In this document: positions 56,197 to 64,000 of the stretch, piece by piece
How the letters are laid out: the number at the start of each line of letters is the position of its first letter
How positions within the stretch are numbered: the first letter of the stretch is position 1
Assembly: GCA_951406725.2 (NCBI GenBank)
Contig: OX597823.1
Location: 48,112,001 to 48,176,000 of the forward strand
Length of the DNA: 64,000 bases
Origin: Octopus vulgaris
Taxonomy: Eukaryota
Direction: 5' to 3'
Position numbers and translations under genes: made by a program
Notes under the pieces: model-generated
Told to the model about the DNA's origin: nothing
Seen by the model: only the letters and a program-made list of their open reading frames with translations
Database searches by the model: none

Positions 56197-56786
56197 CATA
56201 TATATGTGTGTGTGTGATGGGCTTCCTTCTGTTTCCATCTACCAAATCCACTCACATGGTTATAGTAGAAGACACTTGTCCAAGGTACCATGTTGTGGAA
56301 CTGAACCTGGGACCATATGACTGGGAAGTAAGCTTCTTACTACACACAGTCATACCTACTTATTTTTTCACATTCAATTAATCATAAATTATCTTGTAGC
56401 TTTGAAATTTTGGTGTGACCGTTCATGTTCAGAATGACATTGTTGGGTAGTCAGAATATTTGGGTCAGATATGGCAGTTCTTGATACTAACATCTCTGTT
56501 AAAATGATTAAATGAAATTTAATTAAAAGTAAGCCTAAACAATATGTAATTAATTAAAATTAGACTTATAACGAAAGAAAACTTATCTTTTATTTTTTAC
56601 TTGTTTCAGTTATTGTGCTGCTGTCATGCTGGGGCACCACCATGAAGGTCTTTTAGTCAAACAAGTCAATGCCAGTATTATTTTTATGCCTATCAGATTC
56701 TTTTTACCAAACCACTAATTTACAAGGATATAAACAAACTAATACCGGTTGTCAAGTAGTGGTGAGAGGCAATCACAAACAGAAAG

Positions 56787-56828
<42 letters not shown>

Positions 56829-56917
56829 GAGGAGGATTCACAAAAAACAAAAGACGAAGACAGGTGGTGTAGATAACAAACAGATGTATTAGTATAATGC
56901 TCGGGAAGTGAAAAAGT

Positions 56918-56953
56918 CTTTAACGTTTCGAGCCTATGTTCTTCCACAGAAAG
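56918..56953 (-). ncRNA. Minimal hammerhead-like motif with CUGUNGA core
   Basis: CTTT-CTGTGGA-A-GAAC atag GCTC-GAA-ACGT-T-AAAG; sister copy at 25482-25517 (+). Confidence 0.55.
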
Positions 56954-57421
56954 GAACACAGAAAGAAACAAGGAGAGAAAATAAAGAATGTGTAGTGGCT
57001 AGCAATCTATCATGGCGAATGCCAGACAGAGGGGTCACACAGGAGAGTTAGGTGGAAGGGGAGATAATAAAATAGTGGTGATCCCAAATCGAAGGTGCAC
57101 ATGCATGTGTATAAGAGAGTTTGTACACACACACACACACATACATATATAACAGGCTTCTTTCAGTTTCCATCAACCAAATCCACTTATAAGGCTTTAG
57201 TGAGCACAGAACTACAGTAGAAGAGATTGAACCTGAAACCATGTGTTTGGGAAAGATAATTCTTACCATCACAGTTATGCAATGAAAAAAAGTTGTTAGC
57301 TTTAGTAATAATTATTGTCCAGAATGATAAAGGAAACAACTTCAGAATCCAAATTTATTAAAAATTGAATAGAAGTATGCAGTGGGGTGTACGACTGAGT
57401 GTTGGTAGGTATATTAACAGA

Positions 57422-57460
57422 TTCAGACATGTTTCAGTTTTATCAGACCACCTCAGTGAA
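57422..57460 (-). ncRNA. Decayed minimal type I hammerhead
   Basis: TTCA-CTGAGGT-GGTC tgataa AACT-GAA-ACATGT-C-TGAA; palindromic stem III, GUC site, A9 mutated. Confidence 0.55.
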
Positions 57461-57675
57461 GAATGGTATTGTTAGTAAATCCACATTTAATCTTTCCAAA
57501 TCATAATGAAATGATTGATGAATTAAAATATGAAAAATGTGATTGACATGAAATTAAAATATGAACAATGTGATTGACATGAAATCGATCATAAAAATCA
57601 TGTATAGAATGAATTGTGTATAATTGTATTTGGTAAATTGATGCTGGCTAGAAATATATCTGTGTTCTTTCTTAT

Positions 57676-58117
57676 GGTGCTATGTAAAATGCACTAGTGC
57701 TGGTGCCACATAAAAATCACCCATGCTGGTGCCATGTAAAGAGCACTGTTGGTGGTGCCAAATAAAAAGCACTAGCGATGGTGCCATGTAAAAAAGCGCT
57801 GGTGCTGGTGCCACATAAAAAACATTGGTGGTGGTGCCACAAAAAAGTACTGATGCTGGTGCCATGTAAAAAAAACTCGTGCTAGCACCATATAAAAAGC
57901 GACCATGCTGGTACCATATAAAAAGTTTCCATGCTGGTACCACATAAAAAGCACCCAGTATACTTTGTAAAGTGGTTGGTGTGTGGAAGGGCGTCTAGCT
58001 GTAGAAACCTTGCCAAAACAGACAATGGAACCTGGTGCAGCCCCTGTCAAATTGTACAACCCATGCCAGCATGGACAACGAACATTAAATGATAATGATG
58101 ATGATGATGATGATGAC
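57676..58117 (+). mobile_element. Older RTE LINE 3' UTR with ~11 x ~26-bp units
   Basis: Repeats of TGCTGGTGCCACATAAAAAGCACC(C/T)A, then tail and (GAT)n. Similar copies at 38577-38923, 55370-55585, 51305-51512, 23125-23275, 9185-9375(-). Confidence 0.75.
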
Positions 58118-60264
58118 TAGATACCATTAAGAGTAGATTGATTTTAAAATTCCATATATGGTGAGGAATCATGTCCATTAAGATATAACAATTGAAGAGA
58201 TTGTTGTAGCTAAGAAGTTATATTTCTTCACCCAAATAAATTAGACATTGTGTTCTTAGGGGTTAGTATCCCCTACAGGGTTCAGTTGTTGCCACAACAT
58301 AGAGGCATGTATGCCTCAATGATCCTGAGAGCTATGCCAGTAGAGTACAAGTTCATGGGAGGTGAGGATGCCATGCTAGACAGGTTAATAATTGCAAAAA
58401 TATTAATATACTTGGAAGCATATTAATAATTGCAAAACGACATACAGTGTTCCTACCAGAATTTAGTAACTCAGTGTTCCTGCCAACTGTAATATGGACC
58501 ACCTTTTCCTTGGAGGTAAAAATTGGTTTGCGTCAGAACAAAAACCCCAATCTAGTAAAGGCAAGGTTACAAAGGCCTCAATGATTATTTCAAAACCAAC
58601 AAGAGCTGTGAGAAGAAGGCCTTCCTTGGGAAACAGTAGGACAATGTATGAAACAGGAAGGACAGTACAGTCCAAAGTTGAGAACAGCCAAAAAAAGTTG
58701 TCAATGACCTTTGTTCCCTATGGAACAAAGGTCTTAAGTAAATAGTGATTAGTGTCTCACTGACCACTGAAATAGATATTTCCTTATCTAATAAGAAAAA
58801 AAAGTATCCTTTCATATTACTCATCATTTTTTCCGTATTTTGCAGAAGTTTTATCGTTATATATTCAGTTTGAAATCATGGCATGGTATTGGTTTAGTGT
58901 TGTTGGCTCATTAATAAATTCAAACTGGTAATCACTCATTAATAGTGAATTACTTTAATTAGTCACTCTTAGACATGCCTCAGAATGAATGTCTAATGCA
59001 TGACTATACTCTCATGCACTCTACACATAAGTTCATCACACACACACACACACACACACACTTACACACGTATACACACATAAATGGATGCACACATACA
59101 TAAATACACATAAATACAGATACACATACATGCACACACATACACACACATGCATATACACATACACATAAATGCACGTGCACACACACATGCACAAATA
59201 CACACACACATGCACACACGTGCACACACACACACACATACTTTTACAAAGTTATGAATGCATATGTTTTTCCATAATATATAATGAGTTATCCTGGATT
59301 GCGTAATTAAGTGATTCACTGAGATTTGTTTCACCTTACATCAGCCCACTCACCTGATAGTCCATACCAATAGCAATTGTGAGTTAACCATGACATTATC
59401 ATTTGGTGAAGAATCTTGTATTCACATTCACTTAAGTGCCACAGAAACAACCATAGACAGATGCTTTTGGAGACTCAATATAGAGTTTAGCTAAATTCAT
59501 TTAAGTCATCTCTACAGATTTTCTATAGAATTTAGAACCAGCATTTAAAATTATGTGGAGGCACATGGCTTAGTGGTTAGGGTGTCAGCATCATGATCGT
59601 AGGATTGTGGTTTCAATTCCTGGACCGGGCGAGGCGTTGTGTTCTTGAGCAAAACACTTCATTTCACGCTGCTCCAGTCCATTCAGCTGGCAAAAATGAG
59701 TAACGCTGCAATGGACTGGTGTCCCATCCAGCTGGGGAACATGTACGCCATAGAAACCATGAATCCGGGACCATGAGCCTGGCTAGGCATTAAAAGGGGC
59801 GCATTTATTTTATTTAAAATTACAGAATTTCATATATGAATACATCTATATATACAATGCAATAAAAAATAGAAAATACGTCATGAGTGACATGCATATT
59901 TCAGGAGTTCTTGCTCCTTCACCAGCACTACAGCCAACTCATTAACCATCCACTAACTCATTGCTTAAACAACCATTAAATTTAGCAATGTTAAACAACT
60001 GAATATACCAATTTTACATATTAAGTACATTCCTGGCAGTTGGTATGTACATATCAATTACTGGTAAGGACACTGTATTTCATTATGCAACCATGATATG
60101 TATACCAGTTGCTAGGAATGTATTTAACATGTAAAATTGGCCTATCCAATTGTGTTACATCACTAAACTTAATGGCTATTTAAGCAATGTGTTTGTGGAT
60201 GGTTAAGGGTGTTGGATGTGGTGCTGAAGAAGGAGAAAGAACTCCTAAAAAATTTGCATATACA

Positions 60265-60801
60265 AAACAAATCAAAATAGATGAACATCAATGGAATTTG
60301 TATCTTTGTGGTACCAGTGCCGGTGGCACACAAGAAAACCATCCGAATGTGGCCGTAGCCAGTACCGCATCGACTGGCCTCCGTGCTGTGGGCACGTAAC
60401 AAACACCATCCGATTGTGGCCGTTCGCCAGCCTCATCTGGCACCTGTGTCGGTGGCACATAAAAACACCATCCGAGCGTGGCCATCTGCCAGCCTCGTCT
60501 GGCACCTGTGTCGGTGGCACATAAAAAACACCATCCGAGCATGCTGTGTCGGTGGCACATAAAAAAACACCATCTGAGCGTGGCCGTTCGCCAGCCTCGT
60601 CTCGCACCTGTGTCGGTGGCACATAAAATCACCCACTACACTCTCGGAGTGGTTGGCGTTAGGAAGGGCATCCAGCTGTAGAAACACTGCCAGATCTGAC
60701 TGGCCTGGTGCAGCCTTTGGGCTCCCCAGACCCCAGTTGAACCGTCCAACCCATGCTAGCATGGAAAGCGGACGTTAAATGATGATGCTGATGATGATGA
60801 T
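60265..60801 (+). mobile_element. RTE LINE 3' UTR, same subfamily as 12990-13410
   Basis: Near-identical units and tail. Confidence 0.8.
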
Positions 60802-61244
60802 CCATTATCTATTTTGCTGTCTTTGATCCCGTTGTTTACATAGATGTATTCTTACATGAAACACTTTAACTTTCAGCGCTGGATCTAAATTCAATAGACA
60901 ATCTGTCGAGTTAACTTAAAAAAGTGAATGAATTGCACTGCTAACACAAATAGGACACAGTTTTGTCTTATAAACCTTCAATATACTTGGAAGTATATTA
61001 ATAATTACAAAACAAAATACAGCATCCCTACCAGAATTTAGTAACTCAGTGTTTCTGCCAACAGCAGTTTCCTTTTTATTCCATCATAATATTTAACTGA
61101 TATTTAATTAAGCCTGTTTAGAAATTGAATACATTAATTCTGAGCACAATTACAGAATAATCAATCACAAGACCAGTTATTGATAATAATAAACTCAGAA
61201 TAGTTTTATTAATTATACTGTTATTAATTAATTGTGCTTATCTT

Positions 61245-61645
61245 GGATCGTAGGGTGACGTGCTGTACTTGAGGAGACCTATTGAGTCAAGTACATCAGC
61301 ACCAAAATGAAAATCAAATGGAATTTGTAGTTGTGATACCCCTGCCAGTGGCACATAAAAAGCACCATCCGAACGTGGCTTCCATACCAGTGGCACATAA
61401 AAAGCACCAACCAATCGTGGCCGTTGCCAGCCTCCCCTGGCATCTGTGCTGGTGGCATGTAAAAAGCACCCACAACACTCATGGAGTGGTTGGCGTTAGG
61501 ATGGGCATGCAGCTGTAGAAACACTGCCAGATCGGACTGGAGCCTGGTGCAGCCTCCTGGCTTCCCAGACTCCGGTCGAACCATCCAACCCATGCTAGCA
61601 TGGTAAACGGACGTTAAACAATGATGATGATGATGATGATGATTT
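61245..61645 (+). mobile_element. RTE LINE ORF end + 3' UTR
   Basis: gctgtacttgaggagacc..tga ORF end, units, (GAT)n tail. Confidence 0.75.
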
Positions 61646-61649
61646 ATCA

Positions 61650-61955
61650 TGACTCAGCACTTTTTCAAAAAGTGCACATAACCCAACAATCGGTGTCAGA
61701 CATGCTTTATGATAATGAAACACTAAACTCCCAACCTACAAACTTACCAGATTTAAATCTCATGGACTTCTACATTTGAAGCATTGTTGAAAGGGCGACT
61801 AATCAAGATCCTCGCAAAAACCATTGATTCACAAAAAGAAACTGTTGTCCAGCTGATGTTCAGAATAAATAAAGATCGTTTAGTGCAGGCCGGTTGATGA
61901 TTCCAGTCCTGTATTGATGCAACCATCAAAACTGAAAGTGGATTAATAGAATAAC
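61650..61955 (+). pseudogene. Second decayed DD37D-like transposase remnant
   Basis: PTNLPDLNLMDFYI*SIVE...IKTESG. Confidence 0.55.
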
Positions 61956-62341
61956 GTTATAAGAAATCTTATCAAGAACATGTACATAACTTTTTTTTTA
62001 TTAAACTTCATTAGGCTTTTACTCGATAAAAGTTTGTTTTATTAGATTACCAAATATATCCTTTAATACTACCTGCAACCTATATACTTTTGCGTGCATG
62101 CTCCTATGTACGAGAATTATGCTGAAATCTAAAGGAGTCCAGAAAATTTAAGACACAAAACATTAATTTACATTACTTACATTTGACGGATATTTGTCCT
62201 CATCTTGTTTGTTGTTAACATTTCGGCTGATATACCCTCCAGCCTTCATCAGGTGTCTTGGAGAAATTTCGAATCTGGGTTCCCATTCCTAAGGTATTTT
62301 TCGATGTTGTTGTTGTTATCAATATTATGCCATATCCCTGT

Positions 62342-62412
62342 GGGCATATGGCACAGTGATTAAGAGCATAGGCTATTAACCCCAAGATTCTGAGTTCGAT
62401 TCCAGACTGTGA

Positions 62413-62415
<3 letters not shown>
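62342..62415 (+). other. tRNA-derived Pol III head (not a functional tRNA) within the palindromic HHR element
   Basis: A-box TGGCACAGTGATT, B-box GAGTTCGATTCC with tRNA spacing; poor acceptor stem. Confidence 0.7.
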
Positions 62416-62472
<57 letters not shown>

Positions 62473-62485
62473 CAACAACAACAAC

Positions 62486-62538
<53 letters not shown>

Positions 62539-62596
62539 CAACAACAACATCAAAAAATATCTTAGGAATGAGAACCCAGGTTCAGGATTTCCCAAA

Positions 62597-62642
62597 GACA
62601 CCTGATGAAGGCTGGAGGGTATATCAGTTGAAACGTTGTGTT
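62597..62642 (+). ncRNA. Minimal type I hammerhead (Penelope-type, palindromic ACGT stem III)
   Basis: GACAC-CTGATGA-A-GGCTG gagggtatat CAGTT-GAA-ACGT-T-GTGTT; the inverted copy (62217-62257) has CAGCC in stem II but a 5-nt deletion in stem III. Confidence 0.75.
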
Positions 62643-63296
62643 AACAACAAACAAGATGAGGACAAATATCCGTCAATTGTAAATAATGTAAATAATGTAC
62701 ATAAAAATGTATCTCTTAAATATAGAACTGTATTACAAAACATTAAAAGAAAAAAAAATACTAATTTGATAAACTGGATCAATTGTTTTTGACAAACTGA
62801 ATTTATCTTTGTTGACAAACTGAGTCATTTACACATCTTGAAAGCAGAAGTTCCTTACATTACCAAAGTTGAATTCCTGCGAAGTTGTTATTGTAATTGT
62901 CATTGCTGTTTAACCCTAAATTGACATTCTATCCATGATAAACCCATTATTTATTTGTTCAATTATTATTATTGTTATTGTTGTTGTTGTCATTGTTGTT
63001 ATCTTTATTGCTATTATTATTATTATTATCATTATTCTTTTTCTTTTGACTCATGTTATTTTCCGAACTTTTAGAATCTTACATGTTTAGCGATTTTGCT
63101 CCCTGTAGCCTATGATACCATGCTGACTGTTCTTTTCAACAATCTAATACCACTACTAAGCATTCTATTCCCATTTCCTCTGTATTCATCCTTGTGATTA
63201 TTATGACTATTATCATCATCATCATCATCATCATCATTATTATTATCATCATCATCATCATTATTATTATTATTATCATCATTATTATTATTGTTG

Positions 63297-63354
<58 letters not shown>

Positions 63355-63544
63355 CATTATTATTATTGTTGTTGTTGTTATTATTACTATTATTATCATC
63401 ATTATTATTATTGTTGTTGTTGTTGTTATTATTATTATTATCATTATTATTATTGTTGTTGTTGTTGTTATTATTATCATTATTATTATTATTATTATTA
63501 TAATTATTATTATCATTATTATTATCATTATCATTATTATTATT

Positions 63545-63778
63545 GAGTGAGAGAGCAGCACATACCATCAAAGTGAAGCTGAGGTACAAATAAATGAAGC
63601 CCCTATACCTATCATGACTACCCAAATGATAAGGGTACACCAAGCACATGTATCACAACTGCATGTGTACTACATGACGACCTCATATCAAGATAAACAG
63701 TGCATGACCTTGCAGATGGGGCCCAGGGAGAATTTTCTTCAGGTCGAGTAGCCGACCCCATTCAAAAGGTCCCTGAAT
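63545..63778 (-). mobile_element. SINE 3' fragment with expanded (AAT/AAC/GAT)n tail (63195-63545)
   Basis: Non-simple repeat-like body abutting a long trinucleotide tract. Confidence 0.5.
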
Positions 63779-64000
63779 TATTATTATCATTATTAGAGCT
63801 AGCAAAATCGTTAGCATGCCGGGCAAAAGGCTTAGTGACATTTCATCTGTCTTCACGTTCTGAGTTCAAATTCCACTGATGTCAACTTTACCTTTCATCC
63901 TTTCAGGGTTGATAAGATAAGTACCAGTTGAAGACTGGAGTCAATGTAATCAACTTACTCTCTCCCCCAAATTGCTGGCCTTGTGCTAAAATTTAAAATG

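Larger units (their letters stand above)
62166..62693. mobile_element. Palindromic non-autonomous element with tRNA-like head, (AAT/AAC)n spacer and hammerhead-containing arms
   Basis: 62166-62317 is the reverse complement of ~62536-62693; centre TGCCATATCCC-tgt-GGGCATATGGCA. Confidence 0.75.

Noticed and set aside
58494-58745. 83-aa ORF
   Set aside because: No recognisable domain or splice context, and it ends in a transposon-like hairpin.
60320-60640. Regularly spaced repeats resembling a CRISPR array (also 13040-13260, 57680-57960)
   Set aside because: The intervening sequences are copies of each other rather than unique spacers, there are no cas genes, and the arrays sit in the 3' UTR of a eukaryotic RTE LINE.
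62342-62415. Possible tRNA gene
   Set aside because: Acceptor and anticodon stems pair poorly and there is no terminator; it is the head of a repeat. The same applies to the other SINE heads.

Overview
AT-rich, microsatellite-laden animal DNA. It is most likely an octopus (coleoid cephalopod), inferred from the tRNA-derived SINE families and the (GAT)n-tailed RTE LINE ends. Only one credible host coding exon is present (27022-27726, +, 234 aa, uncharacterised, behind a strong splice acceptor). The rest is mostly mobile-element debris: three or more SINE families, RTE LINE 3' ends with stem-loop arrays, a decayed Ty3/Gypsy element with both LTRs (5167-12061), mariner and DD37D-type transposon remnants, piggyBac-, pogo- and hAT-like MITEs, and Helitron-like pieces. 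The main unexplained signal is about 10 hammerhead-ribozyme (HHR) motifs from about six unrelated short repeat families with Penelope/retrozyme-like features. These are: a fully canonical type I HHR (34179-34273, -); two copies of a G3:C8 core-swapped variant; two copies of an A6U variant; a type II-like pair on a large inverted repeat; a decayed minimal HHR; and a palindromic element in which a tRNA-like Pol III head is joined through (AAT)n to a hammerhead (62166-62693). A U6 snRNA/RTE-LINE chimeric retrocopy is nested in the Gypsy element. All structures were read by eye and no folding or database search was run.
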